Source: an uncultured bacterium
GTDB lineage: Bacteria; UBP4; UBA4092
Length of the DNA: 64,000 nucleotides
NCBI GenBank assembly: GCA_964644695.1
Contig: CAZXWN010000015.1
Span: forward strand, 1 to 64,000
Direction of reading: 5' to 3'
The notes below the pieces were generated by a model. It saw only the letters and a list, made by a program, of their open reading frames with translations. It did not search any database and was not told where the DNA came from. The position numbers and the translations under genes are program-made. This document shows positions 31,267-40,965 of this stretch, piece after piece. Numbering within the stretch: the first letter of the stretch is position 1; each line of letters opens with the position of its first letter.

Positions 31267-31932
31267 ATGGATATTTCACTAATGTCTGTAAAGATACTTT
31301 TATTATTTACCCCTGGTTTAATTGTTACTTATTTAGTTAATTATTTGACAGTTCCAGCAGAAAAAAGTTTACATGATGTGATTTGTACTTCATTTATCTA
31401 TGGTTTTATATCATACCTAGTTTATTACACCCTCGTCTATTTTGCTGACGGTTGTAAAAAAATTGACGTTACTATTTTGGATTTTATAAGTAAAGAAACT
31501 GTTCCGATAAATTATGAGGAAGTATTCTGGGTCTGTATTGTTTCCGTGATAGTAGCTTTTATTATTTCATTTTGTATCAATAAAATGACTGTTTTACGTA
31601 TTGCTAAATTCCTGAGAATTTGCGAAAAAACTGGGCATACTTCAATTTTAGGTTTTTTAATGGATGTAAATGGCGATGAGTCTAGTCTAGATAAATGGGT
31701 GGTTGTAAAAGATTATCAAACAGGTTTGGCTTATTACGGATATTTGCAGTTATATTCAACTGCATATGATAAATTTGATGAGTTATTTTTAACAGATGTG
31801 GTAGTTTATAATAAGGATAGTGGTGATGTGCTATACGAGTCGGATGCAGTTTATTTGCCACGTAAAAGAGACCAGTTATCTATAGAGTGGAATGTAAAGG
31901 AACATGAGTACGGAGGAGAAGAAAATGAATAG
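31267..31932 (+). CDS. DUF6338-like membrane protein
   Basis: LLLFTPGL start, about 3 TM helices, then the soluble beta domain WVVVKD...YYGYL..YS...ELFLTDV......AVYL; family assigned from memory. Confidence 0.55.
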   Translation: MDISLMSVKILLLFTPGLIVTYLVNYLTVPAEKSLHDVICTSFIYGFISYLVYYTLVYFADGCKKIDVTILDFISKETVPINYEEVFWVCIVSVIVAFIISFCINKMTVLRIAKFLRICEKTGHTSILGFLMDVNGDESSLDKWVVVKDYQTGLAYYGYLQLYSTAYDKFDELFLTDVVVYNKDSGDVLYESDAVYLPRKRDQLSIEWNVKEHEYGGEENE

Positions 31933-32317
31933 AGTACGCACGACAAAATATTCTTGGAGTAATGTGTCAAAAATCTCTAGAAAGCTTCTTATGAAAACTA
32001 AAATACGTCTTAAAAACAATTCAATAGTAAAAAAAGATAGGAGTAATGCTATAGAAGGTGGTGTTAATCCTCCACAATTTATTCTCAGACCTTCTGGGAA
32101 ATATAAAAGGGGCTCAATAACTTGGATTACTTTTGGAAATACTATAGAAGATGGTGTTAATCCTCCACAATTTCCTTCCAGACCTTCTGGAAAATATAAA
32201 AGGGGCTCAATAATTAGGATTACTCCTGGAAATACTATAAGAGGTGGCGTTAATCCTCCACAATCTACTCCTAGACCTTCTATGAGACTTATAGGTGAAA
32301 AAATAAAAATGAAATAA
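31925..32317 (+). CDS. Small basic protein with three GGVNPPQ..RPS repeats
   Basis: GGAGGAG RBS, ATG overlapping the upstream gene end; 31-aa repeat period. Confidence 0.6.
   Translation: MNRVRTTKYSWSNVSKISRKLLMKTKIRLKNNSIVKKDRSNAIEGGVNPPQFILRPSGKYKRGSITWITFGNTIEDGVNPPQFPSRPSGKYKRGSIIRITPGNTIRGGVNPPQSTPRPSMRLIGEKIKMK
32045..32281 (+). repeat. 93-bp tandem repeat, about 2.5 copies
   Basis: Units start at 32045, 32138 and 32231 (AAT.CTATA.AG.TGG.GTTAATCCTCCACAAT...AGACCTTCT). Confidence 0.92.
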
Positions 32318-32392
32318 ATCTTAATTTATGCCAGCCTCTTTCATTGATATGGCGAAAAATGAAGGTTAATATAGTATCAGATAATAAGTATT

Positions 32393-32435
32393 AAACCCCT
32401 CCAATCAGATATTGGGTTGGAGGGGTTTTCTTTTT
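32393..32435 (+). terminator. Intrinsic terminator
   Basis: AAACCCCTCCAATC...GGTTGGAGGGGTTT followed by TCTTTTT. Confidence 0.75.
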
Positions 32436-32474
32436 GCAGAAAAAAATCTGCATATCATAAAAATAGAAAAATGA

Positions 32475-32503
32475 TGTCCACAGTTTCTATAATTTGGTGG
32501 ACA
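32475..32503. promoter_or_regulatory. Palindromic operator TGTCCAC-N15-GTGGACA overlapping a TATAAT -10 box
   Basis: Perfect 7-bp arms; TATAAT at 32488-32493; near-identical site at 15408-15436. Confidence 0.5.
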
Positions 32504-32539
32504 AGCTGGCTGACTACTTTCCTCCAGAATAGATTCAAC

Positions 32540-32583
32540 GATTCATTTACGGAGTTAGTCCGAGCAGGTCCGTGGATGATTCG
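32540..32583 (+). repeat. Hairpin element, copy A (5' leader of the 32615 gene)
   Basis: Shares 25 identical nt (TCCGAGCAGGTCCGTGGATGATTCG) with the reverse complement of 46966-46990. Confidence 0.75.
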
Positions 32584-32614
32584 AATACAGAAAAGAGAAT
32601 GGAGGAAGGTGAAA

Positions 32615-33133
32615 ATGAATCAAAGTATTTGTGTAACTGAAAAGATGGAATTAAGTAAATGGAGAGGATTGATTGAAAGCCGTCTTCAGAAACGGTTAGG
32701 TAAAATACCCGAAGAGAACTTAACTCGAGATCGTGTTTTGGCTGAATGTCGTTCCGCCGTGGATGAAGTCTTGGGGAGTCGATATGCCTCGGGTGGAAAG
32801 GTCCTGTTGACAGTCTATCCCCTGATGTCTTTGACGGCTTCCAAAAAGTTTCAAAGAGGGACAGAACCGCCGGTGGTATATGTTCGGAAATCAAAGAGAA
32901 GTGGACCCTATCAGAGACAATGGGTAAAGCCGAAAAATCCAGGAACCCCTTCCCAGCAGGCACATCGAGAACGGTTTCGGCAGGCCATGTTAGCCTGGAA
33001 ATCTGAAAGCCGTGCTACTAAGCAATACTGGGAAGGATTGGTTCGCAGGATGAAGGGAATGACCACTCAGGGATTATATGTCCGGAATTGGTTTAAGAAT
33101 CACCCATCAGTTATATCAACGGGAAAGACTTGA
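32615..33133 (+). CDS. Basic hypothetical protein with a virus-associated PLMSL.AS...P.NP.T..Q...R..F...W domain (putative nucleic-acid binding)
   Basis: GGAGGAAGGTG RBS before ATG 32615; C-terminal half PLMSLTAS...YQRQWVKPKNPGTPSQQAHRERFRQAMLAW...KQYW. Confidence 0.55.
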   Translation: MNQSICVTEKMELSKWRGLIESRLQKRLGKIPEENLTRDRVLAECRSAVDEVLGSRYASGGKVLLTVYPLMSLTASKKFQRGTEPPVVYVRKSKRSGPYQRQWVKPKNPGTPSQQAHRERFRQAMLAWKSESRATKQYWEGLVRRMKGMTTQGLYVRNWFKNHPSVISTGKT

Positions 33134-33200
33134 CCCTGAGAAGAGTTCCAATTAATCTTGATTCATCAATAAATCAAATAATTTTCTGTCAAAATAAATA

Positions 33201-34775
33201 ATGAATATGAACCGGATAAAATTAAACCATTGGATTTGGCCCCTGCTGATTATGGCTGTGGCATTCCTGTTTCGAATCTATGATTTGAATCAATATCCCC
33301 AGGGGTTGTGGTACGACGAAGCTATTCATGGTCTGGATACCTTACAAATCTATCAAGACCATCAACTCCCCTTATTTTTCAACACGGATAATCATCCTCA
33401 GGAACCCATGTTCAGTTATATATTGGCTGTTGGGTTTTGGATTTTCGGAGTGTCCGCATTTACTTTACGGTTGATTCCTGCCCTCATCGGTATTTGTACC
33501 GTAGTGTTGTTTTATTACTTTGTCCGCAGGTGGTGGGGAGGCAGGATGGCCCTGATTGCCGGCCTTCTTTTGGCCACCTGTAAATGGCATATGATGTTTT
33601 CACGATTATGTTTCCGGACAATATTGACGCCTTTCATAACAATTATGATGGTGTGGCTTCTCCTGGAAGGTATGAACAGGATTAAAGATAAGTTTCGATG
33701 GCGTTATTTCATCGTTTCCGGGATTTGTCTGGGACTGGGAATGTACACTTACATCTCATTTCGGATTATGCCGGTCCTGGTCTTTTTATTAGTAGCCCAT
33801 CAGCTGTTTCATACTCGACGGCAAGATGATTATGAGCCCCGCCTATGGAAAGGAATGGGACTGACCTTTCTCGTCGGCTTTGTTATTTTTCTTCCCTTAC
33901 TGATTGATTTTATTCATAATCCTTTTCACTTCTCCGGTCGTACCGATGAAATTACGGTTTTCAGCGGCGGATATGGAGAAGGGATACGAATGATTCTCTC
34001 CAATACTTACAAGACCCTTTGTATGATGGGGATACCTAAGTTGGGTGACCCTGAATGGAAACACAATTTTTCCGGTGAACCCATTCTTCCTTTGTGGTTA
34101 TTTCTTTTCTTGCTGGTTGGGATTTACCGGATGTTTCAGAACAGAAAAGACCTGCGGTTGGCCGCCATGGGATTGATGTTTGGACTTTATCTGGTCCCGG
34201 GTATCATGTCTCAGGGTGCTCCCAACAGTTTGCGTACTTTGGGTGCTGTTCCTGCGTTGTGTTTTATGACTGCGTATGGAATGGATGGATTATGGAAGAT
34301 TGATTTTTTAAATCTAAAATCATGGCTAAGAGTCGGTTTGGTCGTTGTGCTTTTACTGGGGGGAGGCGTATGGACCTGGCATCAGTATTTTGTCATGTGG
34401 GGTCCTGATACTCGAACTGCGCAGCATTTTAATATCAATGAATATCGGCTTGCCAGGTCAATTCATCAGTCAGATGTAAAGGCGGATTTTTATTTACAGG
34501 ATGTGTTAGCCAGCCAACCCACGATCCGTTTTACAGCGTATCCTGTGACATTAAAATCGGTAACAAATCTGAGTGAAATTCCTGCGCCTGAGTCTTTGGT
34601 TCGGGATGCCGTTGTAGTGTTCTTAAATCCCCGGATGTTTAACATGGAATCGAACTGGGAAGACCAGCTTTTATCTCAATATCCTCATGCTGAATTAATG
34701 GAATCCTCTCCATCTCCCTGGGTCCTGGCGTATTATATTAATGTGAACACACTTGGAAGGAATACCGCTCAATGA
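33201..34775 (+). CDS. GT-C fold glycosyltransferase (GT39/PMT/ArnT-like)
   Basis: FRIYDL...GLWYDEA loop after TM1, LRLIPALIG, many TM helices, periplasmic C-terminal domain. Confidence 0.82.
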   Translation: MNMNRIKLNHWIWPLLIMAVAFLFRIYDLNQYPQGLWYDEAIHGLDTLQIYQDHQLPLFFNTDNHPQEPMFSYILAVGFWIFGVSAFTLRLIPALIGICTVVLFYYFVRRWWGGRMALIAGLLLATCKWHMMFSRLCFRTILTPFITIMMVWLLLEGMNRIKDKFRWRYFIVSGICLGLGMYTYISFRIMPVLVFLLVAHQLFHTRRQDDYEPRLWKGMGLTFLVGFVIFLPLLIDFIHNPFHFSGRTDEITVFSGGYGEGIRMILSNTYKTLCMMGIPKLGDPEWKHNFSGEPILPLWLFLFLLVGIYRMFQNRKDLRLAAMGLMFGLYLVPGIMSQGAPNSLRTLGAVPALCFMTAYGMDGLWKIDFLNLKSWLRVGLVVVLLLGGGVWTWHQYFVMWGPDTRTAQHFNINEYRLARSIHQSDVKADFYLQDVLASQPTIRFTAYPVTLKSVTNLSEIPAPESLVRDAVVVFLNPRMFNMESNWEDQLLSQYPHAELMESSPSPWVLAYYINVNTLGRNTAQ

Positions 34776-36193
34776 TCAAAACCTGGATGAAAAAGTTAAG
34801 TCGCCTGGAATGGGCTCTATTTGTTTTTCTCATGTTGTTTTTTAGCTTTTTCTTTAATGAAAATCCTGGTTGGAACGTCTCCAGCCGAATGAATCTGGTT
34901 TATTCTATCGTTGATTTGGGGCGTTTCAATATTGATTATTATGTGAGTATGCCGGACTGGAAACGTGAATATAAAACGGAAGATTTATCTTTTTATGAGG
35001 GCAGTTTTTATTGTGACAAGTCTCCCATTCTTTCTTTCCTGGGTGTTCCTGTTTATTGGGTGTATGCGCAGGTCCATGATGTTTTGAATATTAAATGTGA
35101 TCCCTTGAAAGGTCGATATCCGGTTACTTTATTTACCGTTTCCTTGTTTACCTCCATTCTGGCAATCTTAGTATTCAGGATGTTAGGGGAGATACGAAAA
35201 TCGCCTCGAGACCAGTTGATGACGACTTTATTTTTCTCTCTGGGTAGTGTGGGTACTTGTTATGCCATCCTGTTTATGGCTCACCAGTTATCCTCGCTTC
35301 TGATTTTTCTTGGATTTTTCCTTGTTTACTATTGTTTGAAATTTTGGGATACCTGGTCCGATAGAAGAAAAGCAATCGTTTTGGCATCCGCAGGATTCAG
35401 TGTGGGACTGGCAACGGCGACCGAAACTCCGACGGCCATTGGAATGATAGGTATTACCATATATGCCTATTTTTCTCTCCCTGACCGGAAATATATGGCT
35501 TGGTTTGTACCCGCAGCCATCGTTGCCATGATTTTGCCCATGCCATATAACTGGGCCTGTTTCGGGAGTCCTTTCAGTTCTGGATATCAATACGAAGCTC
35601 ACCCTGTATTTCGGGCTGAAATGTCCCGGGGTATTTCTGGAGTAGGGCTTCCCAGTTGGACTGCCTTTTGGGGCATTACATTCTCTAACTACAGGGGATT
35701 ATTTTTTACAGCTCCTTTTCTTTTGTTTGCTTTCCCCGGTTTATATTATTGGTGGAAGAATGCTCCAGCTCGTAAGGAATTGTTATTATCCTTGTTTCTG
35801 ATTGTTGGATTTATTGGATACAACAGTTCTTATTGGGCCTGGTATGGTGGTTGGGCATTTGGCCCAAGACTTTTGGTCCCTATGGTTCCCTTCTTGGTTT
35901 TGGTTGCATACTATTATCTTCCCCGTTTAAAGTATCTGTTTTATACCCTGGGAATCATGTCTGTACTGATGCATGTCATGGTTCTACTGACAGACCCTCA
36001 AATTCCTGAATCCTACGATGCCCCTTTTGCTCAATTTACGATCCCCCGGTTTTTAGAGGGTAATTTTACGCGAAATATATTATCTGTCTGGGGATTGGAC
36101 CGTCGTGTCTCCGTAGTTGTTTTTCTGATTTTTGTCGTGATTGGAATCTCTTATCTTTATTGGCTGGCCGGGCATGACCCAAAATCGGAATAA
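34772..36193 (+). CDS. Polytopic membrane protein, GT-C-like glycosyltransferase
   Basis: NVSSRMNL, FYCDKSP, RGLFFTAP, WYGGWAFGPRLLVP; ATGA overlap with the upstream gene. Confidence 0.65.
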   Translation: MIKTWMKKLSRLEWALFVFLMLFFSFFFNENPGWNVSSRMNLVYSIVDLGRFNIDYYVSMPDWKREYKTEDLSFYEGSFYCDKSPILSFLGVPVYWVYAQVHDVLNIKCDPLKGRYPVTLFTVSLFTSILAILVFRMLGEIRKSPRDQLMTTLFFSLGSVGTCYAILFMAHQLSSLLIFLGFFLVYYCLKFWDTWSDRRKAIVLASAGFSVGLATATETPTAIGMIGITIYAYFSLPDRKYMAWFVPAAIVAMILPMPYNWACFGSPFSSGYQYEAHPVFRAEMSRGISGVGLPSWTAFWGITFSNYRGLFFTAPFLLFAFPGLYYWWKNAPARKELLLSLFLIVGFIGYNSSYWAWYGGWAFGPRLLVPMVPFLVLVAYYYLPRLKYLFYTLGIMSVLMHVMVLLTDPQIPESYDAPFAQFTIPRFLEGNFTRNILSVWGLDRRVSVVVFLIFVVIGISYLYWLAGHDPKSE

Positions 36194-36313
36194 ATCTTAA
36201 CTTGACGAAATAGTCATCTTTTTCTATGATGATTTGGGCTTTTATGCCCATTTATTAAACTTATTTGCAGTTCGGGGAAACATGAAGGTTCTCCCCGGGA
36301 AGGAACTAGTATT

Positions 36314-37417
36314 ATGGCAGGAGTAACACTTAAAAACCTTTGTAAGGTGTTCCAAGGCAATGTTAAAGCTGTTGAAAACGTTAACTTGGAAATCAAAGAC
36401 AAAGAGTTTGTCGTTCTGGTTGGTCCCTCTGGTTGTGGTAAATCTACAACCCTCCGAATGATTGCCGGTTTGGAAGAAATCAGCTCCGGTGAAATTGAGA
36501 TTGATGGCAAAGTTGTCAATGATGTTCCCCCCAAAGATCGTGATATCGCCATGGTATTTCAAAACTATGCGCTTTATCCGCATATGTCCGTTTATAAGAA
36601 TATGGCTTTTGGTCTGATGCTTCGTAAGTATCCCAAAGATGAAATTGATAAACGTGTTCAAGAAGCCGCCAAGATTCTCGGTATTGAAAACCTGCTGGAA
36701 CGCAAACCCAAAGCTCTTTCGGGTGGTCAGCGTCAGCGTGTAGCTGTTGGTCGTGCGATTGTCCGTAAACCCAAAGTATTCCTTTTTGATGAACCTCTTT
36801 CTAACTTAGATGCCAAAATGCGTGTTCAGATGCGGTCTGAAATCAGCAAACTCCATCTTCGTCTTCAAACTACTATGATTTATGTTACCCATGACCAGGT
36901 AGAAGCAATGACCATGGGTGATCGTATCGTAGTCATGAAAGATGGTTTGGTTCACCAGGTGGATTCCCCCATCGCTCTGTATGACCACCCAGTGAATAAA
37001 TTTGTTGCTGGATTCCTTGGGACTCCTCCGATGAATTTCCTTGAAGGTGGAATCGAAAAGAAAGACGGTAAGTTCTTCTTTAATGAAGGCACCTTCACCT
37101 TTGAATTGCCCGATTTCATGAATGATAAACTGGCCAATTATGATGGAAAAACCGTCATTTTTGGAATACGGCCGGAAGATATCCGAGATACCACTATGGC
37201 ATCTCAGGCCAAATACAAAGCTGAAGTTAAAGCAAAAGTTGAATTGGTCGAACCCATGGGCAGTGAATGTAACGTTTACCTGACCACAGGTAAAAATCCA
37301 TACAGTGCTCGATTAGATTCCCATGTCGATGTGAAAGAAAACACTGACAAGGTCCTAATCTTTAATCTGGACAAGAGTCACATCTTTGACAAAGAAACAG
37401 AAATTGCTTTGATCTAA
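36314..37417 (+). CDS. Sugar ABC transporter ATP-binding subunit (MsmX/UgpC/MalK family)
   Basis: [33 protein letters not shown]-terminal TOBE domain; no permease genes adjacent. Confidence 0.95.
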   Translation: MAGVTLKNLCKVFQGNVKAVENVNLEIKDKEFVVLVGPSGCGKSTTLRMIAGLEEISSGEIEIDGKVVNDVPPKDRDIAMVFQNYALYPHMSVYKNMAFGLMLRKYPKDEIDKRVQEAAKILGIENLLERKPKALSGGQRQRVAVGRAIVRKPKVFLFDEPLSNLDAKMRVQMRSEISKLHLRLQTTMIYVTHDQVEAMTMGDRIVVMKDGLVHQVDSPIALYDHPVNKFVAGFLGTPPMNFLEGGIEKKDGKFFFNEGTFTFELPDFMNDKLANYDGKTVIFGIRPEDIRDTTMASQAKYKAEVKAKVELVEPMGSECNVYLTTGKNPYSARLDSHVDVKENTDKVLIFNLDKSHIFDKETEIALI

Positions 37418-37444
37418 GTTGCTCTAAATTAAACAGTAAAGCCT

Positions 37445-37480
37445 AACCGGCTGCCTGGATGTTCCGGGCAGCCGGTTTTT
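37445..37480 (+). terminator. Intrinsic terminator
   Basis: AACCGGCTGCCTGGA-TGT-TCCGGGCAGCCGGTT followed by TTT. Confidence 0.8.
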
Positions 37481-37499
37481 ATATTATGATGAATTTATT

Positions 37500-38069
37500 A
37501 TGAGATGTTTTATAGCCATACCTCTTCCAGAGGATTTACGAAAACAGTTAGCCGATATTCAACGTCAGTTGAAACAGTTTGATGGCGATGTGACCTGGCC
37601 TAAACCCGAAGGTATACATCTAACGCTTAAGTTCCTGGGTGAAATGTCAAAGGAACAAATCGAAAGTATCACGAAAGTTATGTCTCGGGTGGCCTCCAAT
37701 CATCCCCAGTTCTCTCTGGAGTCTGGTGGAACAGGTTGTTTTCCTACGATGCAGCACCCTCGGATATTATGGGTAGGTCTTAATCAGGGTAAAGAGTCTG
37801 TTGTAAAATTAGCTGCGGCATTAGAAAAGGAACTCGTCCTGTTAGATATTCCGTCTGAAGCGAGAGCATTCAATCCTCATTTAACACTGGGTCGGGTAAA
37901 ATCAACGAATAATCTGGGCCCCATGATGGAGTATTTCCAAAAAAGAATCAAACCGGATTCTCATCGAATAAATGCATCAGAGATTCACCTTTATGAAAGT
38001 ATCCTCAAACCTTCCGGAGCAGAATATCGTATCCTCTACACTGCGACATTATCCCCAGAAACCCATTAA
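37500..38069 (+). CDS. thpR: RNA 2',3'-cyclic phosphodiesterase (2H family)
   Basis: MRCFIAI; two HxT motifs (HLTLKFLG, PHLTLGR). Confidence 0.92.
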   Translation: MRCFIAIPLPEDLRKQLADIQRQLKQFDGDVTWPKPEGIHLTLKFLGEMSKEQIESITKVMSRVASNHPQFSLESGGTGCFPTMQHPRILWVGLNQGKESVVKLAAALEKELVLLDIPSEARAFNPHLTLGRVKSTNNLGPMMEYFQKRIKPDSHRINASEIHLYESILKPSGAEYRILYTATLSPETH

Positions 38070-38122
38070 AAATCTGTTATAGTAACAATAACTTATTCGT
38101 TAAATTCAGAGGGTATAATCTT

Positions 38123-39868
38123 ATGCGATTTTTACGGATTGCCATGGCTCAAATCAATACTACGGTAGGTGATTTGGACGGGAATCTTAAAAAGATGGAT
38201 ATGGCTTTGGAAAAAGCCCAGGCAATGAAGGTCGATATTTTATTGTTTCCGGAACTAACCCTGACGGGTTATCCTCCAGAGGACCTTTTATTGAAACCCG
38301 AATTTATTCAGGACAACCTGGAGGCGTTGGATCGATTTGCCAGGAAGGTAACCGGGTTAGTGTGTGTGGTTGGTTATGTTGACCGTAAAGATGATATCTA
38401 TGATGCTGCGGCCGTGATTTACCAGAAGAAGGTACGCGGTGTGTATCATAAGATGTACTTACCTAACTACGGTGTGTTTGATGAAAACCGTTATTTTTGT
38501 GCCGGTCAGGAACCCTTGTTATTCCAATGGGGTGATGTCAGGTTTGGGGTTAATGTCTGTGAAGACATCTGGTATTCTGAAGGGCCGGCCTCCATTCAGT
38601 CCCACTATGGTGCGGATCTGTTGTTAAACTTGAGTTCTTCACCGTATCAGCGGGGGAAATCCAGTGTTCGCGAACAAATGATTCGGACTCGAGCACGTGA
38701 CCATGGTGTTTTCATTGCCTACTGTAACCAGGTGGGTGGACAGGATGAATTGATATTTGACGGGTGCAGTTTGATGGTGGGGCCTTCCGGGAGTTTACTT
38801 GGATGCGGAAAGGCTTTTACTGAAGATTTCATTGTAGGGGATATTGATCTGGATGAGGTCGCCCGAGTAAGGTTAAAAAATCCATTACGCCGTAAACAAA
38901 AAAAAGTCACTAATCCATCTCCTTCTATGGAGCCTCAGATTGTGGATTTACCAAAGTCCACGCATAAAGCCGAATTGAAAAGGGAACCCTTAATTTTCCA
39001 ACGGCACACATTCCCCAATCCTATCGCTGAAGTTTATGAAGCGTTGAAACTTGGTGTTCATGATTATGTGAGTAAGAATGGATTTGGTAAAGTTGTGATT
39101 GGTTTATCGGGTGGAATTGATTCCGCCCTGGTAGCAACTATTGCTGTGGATGCTCTTGGTGCGAAAAATGTATCCGGGGTATTCATGCCGACAAGATTCA
39201 GTTTTGATGCGAGTCGGGAAGATGCCGAAGGTTTAGTTAAGAATCTTAAGATTCGTTATCAAGAGTATTATATTGATGAGCTGTTTCAACAATATCGGGA
39301 TTTATTAGCGGATACCTTTAAGAACAAAAAGTGGGATACTACGGAAGAAAATCTGCAAGCCCGCATTCGTGGTAATCTTTTGATGGCTCTGTCCAATAAG
39401 TTCGGGTGCCTGGTCCTGACAACAGGAAACAAATCCGAAATGAGTACGGGTTATGCCACATTATATGGCGATATGGCTGGAGGTTTTGCCGTTATCAAGG
39501 ATGTTCCCAAAACGCTGGTGTTTGAAATTTGTCGTTATGTGAATCAAGTGGCGGGCTATGACAGAATCCCGGAACGAGTGATTACAAAGCCTCCTACAGC
39601 TGAATTGCGAGATAATCAGAAGGATACGGATTCTCTGCCTCCTTATGATGTATTGGATCCTATTCTGCAAGCCTATGTGGAAGAGGATAAAAGCTATGAA
39701 GAGATTGTTCAGATGGGGAATGATCCTGACATTGTTAAGAGGGTCATCCGTATGGTTGATATCAATGAATATAAGCGGAGGCAGGCTCCTCCGGGTATCA
39801 AGATAACCGCCCGTGCTTTCGGAAAAGATCGCCGGATGCCGATTACCAATCGTTACAAAGGTTTTTAA
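38123..39868 (+). CDS. nadE: Glutamine-dependent NAD+ synthetase
   Basis: Nitrilase domain (FPEL, KMYLPNY, VCEDIW) fused to synthetase domain (GLSGGIDS, ENLQARIR, TGNKSE, EYKRRQAPPG). Confidence 0.96.
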   Translation: MRFLRIAMAQINTTVGDLDGNLKKMDMALEKAQAMKVDILLFPELTLTGYPPEDLLLKPEFIQDNLEALDRFARKVTGLVCVVGYVDRKDDIYDAAAVIYQKKVRGVYHKMYLPNYGVFDENRYFCAGQEPLLFQWGDVRFGVNVCEDIWYSEGPASIQSHYGADLLLNLSSSPYQRGKSSVREQMIRTRARDHGVFIAYCNQVGGQDELIFDGCSLMVGPSGSLLGCGKAFTEDFIVGDIDLDEVARVRLKNPLRRKQKKVTNPSPSMEPQIVDLPKSTHKAELKREPLIFQRHTFPNPIAEVYEALKLGVHDYVSKNGFGKVVIGLSGGIDSALVATIAVDALGAKNVSGVFMPTRFSFDASREDAEGLVKNLKIRYQEYYIDELFQQYRDLLADTFKNKKWDTTEENLQARIRGNLLMALSNKFGCLVLTTGNKSEMSTGYATLYGDMAGGFAVIKDVPKTLVFEICRYVNQVAGYDRIPERVITKPPTAELRDNQKDTDSLPPYDVLDPILQAYVEEDKSYEEIVQMGNDPDIVKRVIRMVDINEYKRRQAPPGIKITARAFGKDRRMPITNRYKGF

Positions 39869-39876
39869 GAAAAACA

Positions 39877-39908
39877 AAAAAAGCCCTTCTCAATCGAGAA
39901 GGGCTTTT
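39877..39908. terminator. Bidirectional terminator
   Basis: AAAAAAGCCCTTCTC-AATC-GAGAAGGGCTTTT between convergent genes. Confidence 0.82.
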
Positions 39909-39926
39909 AATTTATGACTGTTTTAT

Positions 39927-40328
39927 TTACTCCGATTTAATGCTAAGGATTTGTTCCAGAGGCATTGCGGCAACTTCTCGGGCAAATACATCTAATTCTT
40001 CGTGAGTCCTTGGCTTAAACAAGGATTTCATATAATCTGTTAATTCGACCCTAACAGTCTGCCCTGTTTTTTTATTGGATATTTTTGCCATAATCTCAGG
40101 AGCCGTTGTTTGGGAGATATTCGCTTTTCCAAAAGTAGCGCCGGTAGAGAGTTGGAGACCATCAATAAAACACCGTGGGGGTGGAAGGTCAGGACATGCA
40201 ACCTCGACTTTCACTCCAAAATGTTTTTGAGCACCGATGAGTCTGATAGCTTCTTCGCCCGCTCGGTAACCCAGAACGAGATAAGGCCCAAGGTGTCCAT
40301 GAAAAGCAATGATTTGATTAAAATCCAT
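39927..40328 (-). CDS. FmdE (formylmethanofuran dehydrogenase subunit E-like) family protein
   Basis: FHGHLGPYLVLGYR and CFIDGLQLSTGATFGKANI. Confidence 0.85.
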   Translation of the reverse strand: MDFNQIIAFHGHLGPYLVLGYRAGEEAIRLIGAQKHFGVKVEVACPDLPPPRCFIDGLQLSTGATFGKANISQTTAPEIMAKISNKKTGQTVRVELTDYMKSLFKPRTHEELDVFAREVAAMPLEQILSIKSE

Positions 40329-40350
40329 TTAATATGCTCCAGAAAAAATA

Positions 40351-40959
40351 TCAGGCTGCAGCCATATTATTATGGCTGGAGTGTTTGTCAATCAAATAAA
40401 CAATCAAGGGAATAACTATTAATGCCAAAAGTCCCCCCGGAATCCCTTTTGTGACAGTTATCCAAGGTGTCTTAAACGCCCATAGTGTGCCTGCTGCCTG
40501 CCTGATTTCAAAAGAGGGATATAGTTCTGCCAGTGGGTGTCCAAATATAAACAAGTAAATCAGTAACGCAATTTTACCCGCTAAAATTCCAGCCAATACT
40601 GAATAATGAACGGGCCAGTTCCATTTGAAACGAGCTAAGGATATGACAAAGGCATACGCCAATGCTTCCGATGTCACCATCCAAATAAACGGCGGCGTAA
40701 AAGAGGGCATTCCCGTTTGCAATGCAGTTAGAAGTGGCAACAGAATCCCTACCGCAACAGCGATATAGGGTTCAACCATACAGGCCGCAAGTCCTATTGG
40801 AATGAATAGTGGCATCCACGCTGATCCCAGTGACAGCATGTGAAAGGGTATTGTAAAAAAACCGCCAAATCCTGTAAGGACCCCGGCCATAATCAGCCGT
40901 TTAGGTAGAGCAATATTTAATATACCAACATGTGTACTCATAATGATTATTCCATTCAT
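40351..40959 (-). CDS. ECF transporter S component
   Basis: P.FHML.LGS.WMPLFIP..LA, P.L.AL.TGMP...PP...M..E, G.PG.L..L..IP; about 6 TM helices. Confidence 0.72.
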   Translation of the reverse strand: MNGIIIMSTHVGILNIALPKRLIMAGVLTGFGGFFTIPFHMLSLGSAWMPLFIPIGLAACMVEPYIAVAVGILLPLLTALQTGMPSFTPPFIWMVTSEALAYAFVISLARFKWNWPVHYSVLAGILAGKIALLIYLFIFGHPLAELYPSFEIRQAAGTLWAFKTPWITVTKGIPGGLLALIVIPLIVYLIDKHSSHNNMAAA

Positions 40960-40965
40960 TGTAAC

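Noticed and set aside
32045-32281. 93-bp repeats as a CRISPR array
   Set aside because: The would-be spacers are themselves near-identical, the period is a multiple of 3 within an ORF, and no cas genes are present.
32417-32614. N-terminal 66 aa of the 238-aa ORF
   Set aside because: Spans a terminator, operator and hairpin; the strong RBS supports ATG 32615.
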